DNA of 64,000 nucleotides, taken from sequence record PQ015379.1. The stretch is one strand, 5' to 3'. The notes below the pieces were generated by a model. It made no database searches and had not been told where the DNA came from. It saw nothing but the letters and a program-made list of their open reading frames with translations. The position numbers and the translations under genes are program-made. Shown piece after piece: positions 28,583 through 36,951 of this stretch; positions within the stretch are counted from its first letter, which is position 1, and each line of letters begins with the position of its first letter.

Positions 28583-29005
28583 ATGACCGAAGTTGCAGAA
28601 AACAACGAAGTACCGAATTTCAACGGGTACGAAGGCGACATTCTGGCGTGGACCGACATGCTGCGCGACAAGCACGGCTGGTCCACCGAAATGTTCAACA
28701 ACGTGTTGCCAGAATTCGTCACGTTTGTGGATTTCGATCACTTGCTGATCATCCACAACAACCCGAAAGCGTATTACACCCGCGAAACCCTGCAAAAGAT
28801 CAGCGACATGATCGACACGTACCAAACCGGGCGCTGGCTGTTCAGCTGGGCGGAAGTACACGACGACGCGCACCGCTTCGTACGTGATGGCGAAGAATAC
28901 GAAGGTTCCGACATGTACGGCACTGTCGGCTACACCATGGATTTGACGGTGCGCCCGCTGGCCACCGACGAAGAAATTCCGGTCAAAGGAAAAGAAAATG
29001 TCTGA
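28583..29005 (+). CDS. Hypothetical protein
   Basis: 140 aa; tightly packed in operon; typical codon usage. Confidence 0.75.
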   Translation: MTEVAENNEVPNFNGYEGDILAWTDMLRDKHGWSTEMFNNVLPEFVTFVDFDHLLIIHNNPKAYYTRETLQKISDMIDTYQTGRWLFSWAEVHDDAHRFVRDGEEYEGSDMYGTVGYTMDLTVRPLATDEEIPVKGKENV

Positions 29006-29447
29006 AGTCAAAATCGCAAAAGAAATCCCGTTCGCCGACGTGACACTGGGCCTCACGCTGCTGTGTGGTCCGGCTGATGGCAAGGCCCCGGAACTGGACA
29101 AAATCCGTGCGCAGTTGGCGCAGGCTGATCACGACACGATTTTCGGTGTCGCGTTCAATTTGGCACAGCAGAACAAACGCAAACTGTTCGGTCGTGATGC
29201 CACGTACAACGAATTCCTTTCCGACTTCGACGGGCGCGATGCGCTGTTCCTGAGCCTGCCCGGCGAAACCCCGGTGATCGGTGCAATGTGTGGCGGCCAC
29301 ATGATGGCGCCTAACGAAAAGCTGTCACCAGACAATTACCCGGATCAGAAATTGTTCATTCTGACCGCAATCGGTATCGCCAGCGCCGAACCGGATTCGG
29401 AAGACGACGAACCCTACATCGAGCCGGAATCGGGAACCATCCACTGA
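28998..29447 (+). CDS. Hypothetical protein
   Basis: 149 aa; AAGGA SD; acidic tail. Confidence 0.75.
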   Translation: MSEVKIAKEIPFADVTLGLTLLCGPADGKAPELDKIRAQLAQADHDTIFGVAFNLAQQNKRKLFGRDATYNEFLSDFDGRDALFLSLPGETPVIGAMCGGHMMAPNEKLSPDNYPDQKLFILTAIGIASAEPDSEDDEPYIEPESGTIH

Positions 29448-29890
29448 TGATCAAACCAGAAGAATTCCGCATGCCCGAAGGTGTGCGGATCATCGTCGCA
29501 TATCCCGGCGTCGGCAAAAGCAAACTCACGGAAAGCAGCCGCGCTTTCATCGATCTGGATCGCCCGGATCTGAAAAAGGATATGGCGGAATACCTGCGCT
29601 TGATCAACCAGTCATTGGCGATTCCGGGGACCACTGTTCTGTTACCGTCGTGGCAGGAAATGCGCGACATGTTGCAATCGGAAAATCTGCCGTACGTGCT
29701 GTTCTGGCCATCGCGTGATTTGAAGTTCGATTACAACAAACGTTACGTGAATCGTGGCTCGCCCAAAGGTCTGGTGGATACGTTGTGGTGGAAGTGGGAT
29801 GAATTCCACGACAGCTGCGAGCAAGATCCGACCCCGTACAAGGTGGAAATGCGTCAATCGCAAGCCTACCTGTCCGATTATTTCCTGTGA
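29447..29890 (+). CDS. Small P-loop (NMP-kinase-like) protein
   Basis: IIVAYPGVGKS Walker A near the N-terminus, then FIDLD and YNKRYVNRG. Confidence 0.65.
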   Translation: MIKPEEFRMPEGVRIIVAYPGVGKSKLTESSRAFIDLDRPDLKKDMAEYLRLINQSLAIPGTTVLLPSWQEMRDMLQSENLPYVLFWPSRDLKFDYNKRYVNRGSPKGLVDTLWWKWDEFHDSCEQDPTPYKVEMRQSQAYLSDYFL

Positions 29891-30600
29891 GAAACGGCAT
29901 GAGTGTTACTGACAAATTCAATTACTGGGATTTGCCGCGTGACGGTCGCACGCAGTTCCTGTACGACGACGAATATTCGCTGGCTTCGTTTCTGGCCATG
30001 GCGGAAGATGCTGCGTACATCCTGATCCCCGGTTGCTATTCGGAAATCATCGCCAAATGGGCGACGGAAGACGCGGCGTTTCAGCTGGCGCCCATGAGCC
30101 TCGAAAACATGCAGGGCGGTTTTATCGGCACCTGCAATTCGGTGGAAATGTTCACCGATGCTTTCGCGGGCAAAGATCGTCGTTACCCAGCTGGCGCGCC
30201 GTGCGTGTTCGGGCAGTGGGGCGGGAAATTCACGGTCGAACTGGAAACTGAACGTTCGCCGTATTATCGCCTGCGCAACGAACCCGATAACGGCATGGAT
30301 CAGGAATGGCGGGAATGGGACCGCGATGCGTTCTGGACCGCACCTCGTTATGGCAAAGGCGTTTTCATGGAAGTAGTGGGCATCCTGTTGCCGCGTCGGT
30401 TCGTTCCTGATTTCTACGCCGATCCCGAATTGATGGCGCGGTTCGCCCGTCGGGCCACCGGCACCGTTTCCACCGTCGAAGAAAACTTTAACGGGTGGCT
30501 CGGTGATTACTGCGGCATTCCCGTTTACACCGACGATTACCTGCACCGTGCCATGGTAGACAACTCGGACCCAATCGTATGGAAAGTGAAGCAGACGTAG
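29887..30600 (+). CDS. Hypothetical protein (start may be ATG 29899)
   Basis: About 235 aa; coupled in operon. Confidence 0.7.
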   Translation: MRNGMSVTDKFNYWDLPRDGRTQFLYDDEYSLASFLAMAEDAAYILIPGCYSEIIAKWATEDAAFQLAPMSLENMQGGFIGTCNSVEMFTDAFAGKDRRYPAGAPCVFGQWGGKFTVELETERSPYYRLRNEPDNGMDQEWREWDRDAFWTAPRYGKGVFMEVVGILLPRRFVPDFYADPELMARFARRATGTVSTVEENFNGWLGDYCGIPVYTDDYLHRAMVDNSDPIVWKVKQT

Positions 30601-30614
30601 GTTCATTCGAAGTG

Positions 30615-30851
30615 ATGCGCAAAGAGTTTTTGTCGCATTACATTTTCTGCCCGGAGGTCGTCGAACTATCGGCGGCCTTCGAGGCTGTTCTGTTGAGCCT
30701 GAACGTGTGGCCCAAAGGCAGCATGGTTCAACAGCGAAAAGGTTTACTGAAACGTGAGCAATTCCAGCTGGGCAAAACGCTGATCAAAACCGGTTTTGCA
30801 CAGACCACAATCATTTCCCGTGACGGCACCCGTCACACAATGGAGCAATAA
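30615..30851 (+). CDS. Hypothetical protein
   Basis: MRKEFLSHY...; fills the gap in the operon. Confidence 0.6.
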   Translation: MRKEFLSHYIFCPEVVELSAAFEAVLLSLNVWPKGSMVQQRKGLLKREQFQLGKTLIKTGFAQTTIISRDGTRHTMEQ

Positions 30852-30853
30852 AG

Positions 30854-31183
30854 ATGCGCAATGATTTCGTTATGCCGAGCCACATTTCGGATCGCCTGTA
30901 CGAGCACACCAACGCGTGGACCAACTGCTGGTCGCTGCCTGATGCGGAGAAGCTGGATTCGGTGCCGGTGATCGCCATGCTGATTTCCCGCATTTCCCCG
31001 CTGTACAAGGAAATGGTGAACCACGTTTATTTCGAAGCGGAATCCCGCGAGGAAGGCCACGTCGGTTACTACAAGACGATTCCGGTTTTCATCCCGAGCC
31101 TTTCTTTCAAGTCGGGCGCCCCGATCCGTCTCGTTACCAACATCAACCGTCAGGCTCACGGCATTTTGGAGAAATTCCTGTGA
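30854..31183 (+). CDS. Hypothetical protein
   Basis: 109 aa; GGAG upstream. Confidence 0.7.
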   Translation: MRNDFVMPSHISDRLYEHTNAWTNCWSLPDAEKLDSVPVIAMLISRISPLYKEMVNHVYFEAESREEGHVGYYKTIPVFIPSLSFKSGAPIRLVTNINRQAHGILEKFL

Positions 31184-31500
31184 AAATCTATCTGGTTTGT
31201 AATGCCACCAAACGCGCACTTTCCATCGGGCACCGCGATTGGACCGGACCGACCGGCTGCACCGAATGGGCAGGCACCCCGGAAGAAACTTCGCATTTCG
31301 TCAACCGCTGCGCCCCGGTAATGCCGGAAGCCAAGGAACGTTACACCACGGAAATTGCGCACTTCTGTGCGGATAATCCGGTGTTCGTGGCCGAGGCCCA
31401 GTACGTGCCGGAAGATTACAAAATGCTGAACGGCTATTGGGAAACCGCGTACATCGAAGTGCCCAAGACAAAGCGCCGTAAAGTGCAGGCGGTGCGCTGA
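31180..31500 (+). CDS. Hypothetical protein
   Basis: GTGA overlap; 106 aa. Confidence 0.7.
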   Translation: MKIYLVCNATKRALSIGHRDWTGPTGCTEWAGTPEETSHFVNRCAPVMPEAKERYTTEIAHFCADNPVFVAEAQYVPEDYKMLNGYWETAYIEVPKTKRRKVQAVR

Positions 31501-31826
31501 TGGATCGCATCGATCTTGATTTGGATTTCGAACAGGAACGCGAGCGCGAATCGGCGTTCCACAATCCTAAACAGGCGACCATTGACGCAACGAAAAACTT
31601 CCTGCGTGCGTTCTGCGAATCGAAGCACTACGTGACGGAAGTTTTCGGCGGGGAAGCGGACTTGAACAAGTTCCGCAAATTGGTTTCCAAAACGTTCAAG
31701 GAACCGAAGATAACGCCAGCCGGTGTGCAGCGCGGCATGATCCACGTGCGGGTCAAACGCCTGTCCACACAACACGCGGGCGACATTTTCGTCGGTCAGT
31801 TCAATTCGTTGGAGTTGCTGAAATGA
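31500..31826 (+). CDS. Hypothetical protein
   Basis: TGATG overlap; 108 aa. Confidence 0.7.
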   Translation: MDRIDLDLDFEQERERESAFHNPKQATIDATKNFLRAFCESKHYVTEVFGGEADLNKFRKLVSKTFKEPKITPAGVQRGMIHVRVKRLSTQHAGDIFVGQFNSLELLK

Positions 31827-32347
31827 AGCTGGGGATTATTTTCGCGTGTGACGAACAAGGCGGGATCGGCAAAGACGGTAAAATGCCGTGGCATCTTCCG
31901 GGGGATTTGCAGCAATTCAAAGATGCCACAATGGGCTGCCCAATTATCATGGGTCGCAAAACATGGGAATCGTTCGGCGGGCGCATGCTGCCCGGTCGCC
32001 CTCATATCGTCATCACTTCGACGGTGCGGAAAGGGGCTACAAAAATGCTCACTGACGAGGATCAAGACGTTTGGTTTGTGGGCGATTTCGAATCGGCACA
32101 ATATTTGGCCGAGCGTTTGATCGAGTCGCGCCAGCTGGGCGAATGGGCGTGGGTAATCGGTGGTGCCAAGCTGATATTGGAAGCGCAATTGGCGGCGTCG
32201 AAAATCCGCGTCACCCACATTCGCGGCGTGTACGAATGCGATGTAAAAGTGCACCCGAATTTCTTCATGCACATGATGGTCAACCGGCTGGAATTCAAAG
32301 AGGTCATGGACACTGAAGAGTTCCGCGTCACGGAGTATTTGATGTGA
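31823..32347 (+). CDS. folA: Dihydrofolate reductase
   Basis: GIIFACDEQGGIGKDGKMPWHLPGDLQQFKDATMGCPIIMGRKTWES, LPGRPHIVIT, WVIGGA. Confidence 0.97.
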   Translation: MKLGIIFACDEQGGIGKDGKMPWHLPGDLQQFKDATMGCPIIMGRKTWESFGGRMLPGRPHIVITSTVRKGATKMLTDEDQDVWFVGDFESAQYLAERLIESRQLGEWAWVIGGAKLILEAQLAASKIRVTHIRGVYECDVKVHPNFFMHMMVNRLEFKEVMDTEEFRVTEYLM

Positions 32348-32688
32348 AAAAGATCGACACGACAAAATGTATTTTCGCACTCGACGGTCGTAGCGCAGAC
32401 AACATCGTCGAAGAGTTTCTGGTGACACACGGGCGTTTCCCTAGCCTGAAAATGTACCTGTGTGATCGCCTCGACGACGCAACTGGTATTTCGCTGCTGG
32501 TGAAAGCGAAAAGCGAAGCTGCGGCAGACCACATTTTCTTTCTGTCGAAAGATGAAATGATGGCGTTTTCTGCAACCAGCGCCCACTACGAATTCCGCAC
32601 CAACGATGTGTTTTTCTACTTAGGCGATACGGATCAGCAGTCGATTGTCTACAGTTGCTGTGGCTCGCTGGAAATCGGAGGGAACTAA
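32344..32688 (+). CDS. Hypothetical protein
   Basis: GTGA overlap; 114 aa. Confidence 0.65.
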   Translation: MKKIDTTKCIFALDGRSADNIVEEFLVTHGRFPSLKMYLCDRLDDATGISLLVKAKSEAAADHIFFLSKDEMMAFSATSAHYEFRTNDVFFYLGDTDQQSIVYSCCGSLEIGGN

Positions 32689-32985
32689 ATGCGCGTATTA
32701 CCAACGCATCAAGTTTTGGACAAGGACGGCAACCTCACGTTGACGTTTCTTGCGTTGCTGGAAAATCAAACCGTGACGTTTCGTGCGGAACCCGAAATTG
32801 CGCAGCGCATGCGTTTGTTGGGGCCGGAAGTGGATTGGTCGAAGCATATTTTCCTCGGCAACGAATTCGGGATTCCGAAACACGACGACGTGACGCTGCA
32901 CATGTTCATTCACGGAACCGAAAACGCACGCGGCACCGAATGTCATATCCAACTGGTGTGCGAAGGCACCGTGCGCATCAGCTAG
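32689..32985 (+). CDS. Hypothetical protein
   Basis: GGAGG SD; 98 aa; followed by a terminator. Confidence 0.7.
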   Translation: MRVLPTHQVLDKDGNLTLTFLALLENQTVTFRAEPEIAQRMRLLGPEVDWSKHIFLGNEFGIPKHDDVTLHMFIHGTENARGTECHIQLVCEGTVRIS

Positions 32986-32990
32986 GCCCC

Positions 32991-33022
32991 AAGCCCCGTT
33001 AGCCTTATGGCGCGGGGCTTTT
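32991..33022 (+). terminator. Rho-independent terminator
   Basis: AAGCCCCG...CGGGGCTT followed by TT. Confidence 0.75.
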
Positions 33023-33055
33023 GCGTTTCTGAAACTTCCCAAATCGCGTAACCCG

Positions 33056-33084
33056 TTGACTTTCGGTTTGTGGTTCGATACCTT
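33056..33084 (+). promoter_or_regulatory. Sigma70-type (early) promoter
   Basis: TTGACT, 17-nt spacer, TACCTT; directly after a terminator and 45 nt before the ATG at 33129. Confidence 0.65.
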
Positions 33085-33128
33085 TGGCCCCCTATTCACC
33101 TACACCAGCCAGCCAAAGAGGCCTGCAA

Positions 33129-33449
33129 ATGATCATCACCGCCAAGCAGTTCACCGATACCGCTAGCACCCTGCGCACCGAACACGCCAGCAATCGCACG
33201 TTCTCCGTTGAACTGAAAACCGATGGCGCTGTTGTATCCTATTCGCTGCATGGCGTTGTGGCCGACAGCGAAAAGGACATTGAAAAGCCCATGCCCCATC
33301 AAGTGCACCCGGCTGTCGCCCACGCGTTCGTCAAACTGATTGACCTGTGGTTCTCGAAATGCCCATGGCAGCAAATGCCTGCGGATCTTGTGCGCGAACT
33401 GCTGCGGGTGCGTGGTGATTTCCACGGTGCCTACATCGAATCCCTGTAA
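33129..33449 (+). CDS. Hypothetical early protein
   Basis: MIITAKQF...; GAG SD; C-terminal PWQQMPADLVRELL motif. Confidence 0.7.
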   Translation: MIITAKQFTDTASTLRTEHASNRTFSVELKTDGAVVSYSLHGVVADSEKDIEKPMPHQVHPAVAHAFVKLIDLWFSKCPWQQMPADLVRELLRVRGDFHGAYIESL

Positions 33450-33456
33450 TCTGCCC

Positions 33457-33475
33457 GGCCCTTCGGGGCCTTTTT
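33457..33475 (+). terminator. GGCCC-TTCG-GGGCC terminator hairpin
   Basis: cUUCGg tetraloop plus TTTTT. Confidence 0.8.
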
Positions 33476-33487
33476 GGAGTGCCTGCA

Positions 33488-33757
33488 ATGAACAATGCCA
33501 ATTTCCCGCAACGCGGCGTGTCGATTGAATCGACGGTCGCTATCGTTGCCGAGTATCACCCGGATTCGCACACCGTCACAGTGACTATCAATGGCGGTTC
33601 GTTCGCTGCTGCCAGCAAAGCGGCACGCGATGCAAACCGTGATCGCGCAATCGACGTTTTGCGCGAACTGGAAAGCACCTTGATTTACCAGTACAACACT
33701 GAACAAAGCGAAGTCGAACGCATCATCGGCGCAGCGCTATCACGCGTCAAAGCCTAA
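33488..33757 (+). CDS. Hypothetical early protein
   Basis: GGAG SD; MNNANFPQ... Confidence 0.7.
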   Translation: MNNANFPQRGVSIESTVAIVAEYHPDSHTVTVTINGGSFAAASKAARDANRDRAIDVLRELESTLIYQYNTEQSEVERIIGAALSRVKA

Positions 33758-33765
33758 CCCTTTCG

Positions 33766-33788
33766 AGGCCCTTCGGGGCCTTTCCTTT
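33766..33788 (+). terminator. AGGCCC-TTCG-GGGCCT terminator hairpin
   Basis: Core identical to the 33457 hairpin; followed by TTCCTTT. Confidence 0.75.
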
Positions 33789-33811
33789 CTCCCTTTATCA
33801 AGGTCCATCCC

Positions 33812-34249
33812 ATGAAAAAAGTTCTGCCGTTCCCGTCCCCGGTTCCTAATCAGCCTGTCGAACATGCGGTAACGCGTGCGCTGGCCAACACGCAAGTTTT
33901 CACGCCGGGCAAGGCGTACATTGTCGAGTGCTGCGAAGAGCACCGTTTTGTTCTTGAGTTCACGCTGGACATGGAAAACCCGGACCAGAAAATTGTGCTC
34001 GACCTGCACAACATCGGCCCCGCCAACGAAAACGACGAATGCCACACCACTGGCTACCGCTGGCCGACCGCCGAGCAAGTCACCAAAGAACAGGGAGACG
34101 CCATTCTCGAAATGTGCCACCGCGTTATTCGTGAATGGCCGTATGACGATATCCCGGTGAACCTTGTTCGTGCTCTGTATGCGTACAGCGCCCGCATGAA
34201 AGTTGGCCAGATGGATCGGGCCATGGGCATTTTGAAATCTGAAATCTAA
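33812..34249 (+). CDS. Hypothetical early protein
   Basis: AAGG SD; C-terminal WPYDDIPVNLVRALY motif. Confidence 0.75.
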   Translation: MKKVLPFPSPVPNQPVEHAVTRALANTQVFTPGKAYIVECCEEHRFVLEFTLDMENPDQKIVLDLHNIGPANENDECHTTGYRWPTAEQVTKEQGDAILEMCHRVIREWPYDDIPVNLVRALYAYSARMKVGQMDRAMGILKSEI

Positions 34250-34255
34250 TTCCCC

Positions 34256-34290
34256 AAGCCCCGTTTCCTTTTTGGATTCGGGGCTTTTTT
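34256..34290 (+). terminator. Rho-independent terminator
   Basis: AAGCCCCG-tttcctttttggatt-CGGGGCTT followed by TTTT. Confidence 0.8.
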
Positions 34291-34308
34291 GTTTCCGGAG
34301 CAAATCGA

Positions 34309-34584
34309 ATGGAACTCAACCGCCTTACCCTTGGTGCCGACGTACAGGGCAAACGCCTTGCTGCCTGCTATGACCCATTTCTAGACGAAATCGAGGTCGA
34401 ATGGGGCGGGCGCTACTTCGAAGCCCTCACAGGTGACGTGCAACGTGCCCTCTATGAGGCCGCTGTGGGCCATGTACGCGATCTTGCGCGCTTGCTGGTA
34501 GATACCAAAAGGCTCACCCGTCGCGAGGCTGCTACGCGCACGCGCAAGGCCCTTCAGAACCTGCAACTGATGCCCCAGCACTAG
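34309..34584 (+). CDS. Hypothetical protein
   Basis: GGAG SD; 91 aa. Confidence 0.7.
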   Translation: MELNRLTLGADVQGKRLAACYDPFLDEIEVEWGGRYFEALTGDVQRALYEAAVGHVRDLARLLVDTKRLTRREAATRTRKALQNLQLMPQH

Positions 34585-34601
34585 GCTAGGTCCACCAAAG
34601 C

Positions 34602-34639
34602 AAAAGCCCCCGTTTCCGTTATGGATTCGGGGGCTTTTT
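34602..34639. terminator. Bidirectional terminator between convergent blocks
   Basis: AAAAGCCCCCG...CGGGGGCTTTTT; near-duplicate of the 34256 element. Confidence 0.85.
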
Positions 34640-34642
34640 CGT

Positions 34643-35083
34643 TTACGGCTTTCCTGCGGCTTTCTTGGCACGGCCCTGCAATTTGATCGTACGCTCACGC
34701 GCCTTTTCCATTTCCTTTTTCGACTTTTCCATCAGCTGCGTCAAATGGCGCACCTGTTCTTTGTCGTCGCGCCCTTCGGCTTTCTTGAGCGCCATTTTGA
34801 TTTTCACCAGCTTTTCCGTGTTCTGCTGCGAAAGTTTGGCCAGCAGCGATTTCGCTTTGGCCTTGCCGTCGCGGGTCATTACCCGGTTGTGTTTGCTGTC
34901 TTTAACCTCGACCAGTTTATTGCCGGTGGTACGGTGCGTGATACGCCCCAATTTACCCCAACGGCCATAACCCATCGATTGCAGGCCGAGCTTGCGGGCG
35001 CGGGCCGCGACGGCGCTGATTTTGCCTTTCTTGCCAGAAGTTTTCGACGGCTTTTTAACCGGCTTCGCTTTCTTGATAGCCAT
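34643..35083 (-). CDS. Very basic (Lys/Arg-rich) putative DNA-binding/core protein
   Basis: MAIKKAKPVKKPSKTSGKKGK...GYGRWGKLGRITHRT; GGAG SD. Confidence 0.7.
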   Translation of the reverse strand: MAIKKAKPVKKPSKTSGKKGKISAVAARARKLGLQSMGYGRWGKLGRITHRTTGNKLVEVKDSKHNRVMTRDGKAKAKSLLAKLSQQNTEKLVKIKMALKKAEGRDDKEQVRHLTQLMEKSKKEMEKARERTIKLQGRAKKAAGKP

Positions 35084-35441
35084 ACGCGGCTTTCTCCAAT
35101 TCATCGGTGATGATGCGGAACAGCTTCAGGCTATCTGGCCGGTCCACGATGTAAAGTTTGCGCCGCAATATTTCAGTGTGACGCTTTTGGATCACATAGA
35201 TTTCAACTTTTTCCTTGAAGTCCACATGGATGAAAAACTCATGTTCGTATTTGTACAGCTGGTAGGTGGCACGATTGAACATGGTCCCGTTGACGAAGAA
35301 AGCGCGCAGTTCGTACGGCACTTCCACGCGCATATATTTAACGGTCCAGTCCGGCATGAATTCCTGAAGCATCGAACCCAAGTTGCTCATGGTGCTCAAT
35401 TCGAGCGCGTTGGGTTCCGGAAACTTCAGTTCAATTTCCAC
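35055..35441 (-). CDS. Hypothetical protein
   Basis: 128 aa; MEIELKF... Confidence 0.65.
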   Translation of the reverse strand: MEIELKFPEPNALELSTMSNLGSMLQEFMPDWTVKYMRVEVPYELRAFFVNGTMFNRATYQLYKYEHEFFIHVDFKEKVEIYVIQKRHTEILRRKLYIVDRPDSLKLFRIITDELEKAAYGYQESEAG

Positions 35442-35973
35442 GATATTCCGTCCTTTTATCAGCGATGCGCTGATCAGAAACGCGGATGGATTGGCGCTTT
35501 TCCATGATTTGTTTGGTCAGCGCTTGGCGGCGGGCAGTCCACGTTTTCACCTGTGCAGGATCTTTCGGGCGCTTGCTATTCATGGCCGCCAATTTCTTCT
35601 GCAACGCACCTAGAGACTTCTGCTTTTTCTGCTTAAAGTTTTGTGCTTTCTTCACGTCGCGATGCAACGCGTTGTCAGCCCGGTGGTCGCTGTGTTGTTG
35701 CTTGGAAGTGGGATCGCTGGCCAGCGCCTGCTGTTCCTGTTCGACCAGCGTACGCCGTTTGGCCAGATTCTTGCGCAATTCTGCGCGGAACCAGTCTTCG
35801 GCAATCCCTTTGACCCGTGGCTTTTCCGGCACAGGCTCTTCGGCGCGACCCTCATGCAGGCGGTCGATGCGTTCGAAGAAATCACCAAAAGGATCACCGA
35901 AAAGTTCTTTGAAGTTGCGTGGTTCGACCGGCTGATCTTCGCAGGCGAAACCGTCAATAATGATTTCGGTCAT
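35431..35973 (-). CDS. Coiled-coil basic hypothetical protein
   Basis: 180 aa; ATGA-coupled. Confidence 0.65.
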   Translation of the reverse strand: MTEIIIDGFACEDQPVEPRNFKELFGDPFGDFFERIDRLHEGRAEEPVPEKPRVKGIAEDWFRAELRKNLAKRRTLVEQEQQALASDPTSKQQHSDHRADNALHRDVKKAQNFKQKKQKSLGALQKKLAAMNSKRPKDPAQVKTWTARRQALTKQIMEKRQSIRVSDQRIADKRTEYRGN

Positions 35974-36233
35974 CGTTGACGCCCTCGCTCACGACGGCCC
36001 AGCCAGTTGGTTTTCGACACGTGCATTTTGTCGATGTAATCGTGTGGGAAAGCCAACGCGCCCTGTGCACTGGTGCGCGTCTTGTCACGAAGCAGCGTCT
36101 TTTTCTTTTGACGCGGCATCTTTTTGATCATCTTGTCGTCGTCTTCCCACTTAGTCAGGCGGGCGCCCGAGTGTTGGGGATTTTCGACGCCATCGGCCTG
36201 CTTAGCGCGGCCTTTGATTGTTAGTTTTGGCAT
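35970..36233 (-). CDS. Small basic protein
   Basis: GAGGA SD; rich in K and R. Confidence 0.65.
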   Translation of the reverse strand: MPKLTIKGRAKQADGVENPQHSGARLTKWEDDDKMIKKMPRQKKKTLLRDKTRTSAQGALAFPHDYIDKMHVSKTNWLGRRERGRQR

Positions 36234-36240
36234 GGTGTCC

Positions 36241-36462
36241 TCACGGGCAGCGAACCGTGTCCTGAATATCCATTTGCCGTTTCTCGGCCCCTTCCAAAGG
36301 CGTGTCGATCAATCCGCTTTTCAGCCGGATTTTTCGCCGTTTCTTTTTGCCGGTTGCCTTGAGCGGGCGGCCTTCTTTTGCCTTGTCGAAACGAACTTCG
36401 GGGATTGCGTCCCAGCGTTCATCCGACCCGGCTTTGCCAGCCAACGAAATCAGAACTTCCAT
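36241..36462 (-). CDS. Small basic protein with leader MEVLISLA
   Basis: TAATG coupling; 73 aa. Confidence 0.65.
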   Translation of the reverse strand: MEVLISLAGKAGSDERWDAIPEVRFDKAKEGRPLKATGKKKRRKIRLKSGLIDTPLEGAEKRQMDIQDTVRCP

Positions 36463-36884
36463 TACTTGGCCCCGAATTCGATATAGCTTGGGGCGCGGCG
36501 GGCCACGCTGGCAGCAATCGCATAATCAGTGCCACGCACTTGCACAACCCGAGGTTCAAGTGCAAAGGCAGAAACCTTTTCGTTGAAAATCAGGTAGGCT
36601 TTCGTGGGGTTCGGAATGTGCAGGAACTGGCCCATGGTTGGAACCGCATAAACAAAGGTCACACGCTGATGGTTGCGATCTTCGACCTGTACAACAATCG
36701 GCGAATAGTCCTTGTCCATTTCACGGACCAATTTGATATCAGATTTCTTGCGATCCTCGATATCGATAACCTGCGGAAAAACATTGGCGAACAACGAGGT
36801 GTACGACTTCTTGAAGATATTGCGGATGCCTTCGGAAATACGTGCGCTGTTATCCACCGCCGCCAAAGCGAGCATCAGTTCCAT
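36462..36884 (-). CDS. Hypothetical protein with leader MELMLALA
   Basis: GAGGA SD; 140 aa. Confidence 0.75.
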   Translation of the reverse strand: MELMLALAAVDNSARISEGIRNIFKKSYTSLFANVFPQVIDIEDRKKSDIKLVREMDKDYSPIVVQVEDRNHQRVTFVYAVPTMGQFLHIPNPTKAYLIFNEKVSAFALEPRVVQVRGTDYAIAASVARRAPSYIEFGAK

Positions 36885-36932
36885 TTCATGTCCTCACGGC
36901 GCGAATTGAAGCCGGGTTTTTTAGGCCCGGCG

Positions 36933-36947
36933 CATACTATCAAATTA
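36933..36947 (-). promoter_or_regulatory. TAATTTGATAGTATG motif, candidate late promoter, followed by a hairpin
   Basis: Followed by GCCGGG-cctaaaaaa-CCCGGC. Confidence 0.45.
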
Positions 36948-36951
36948 CCGT

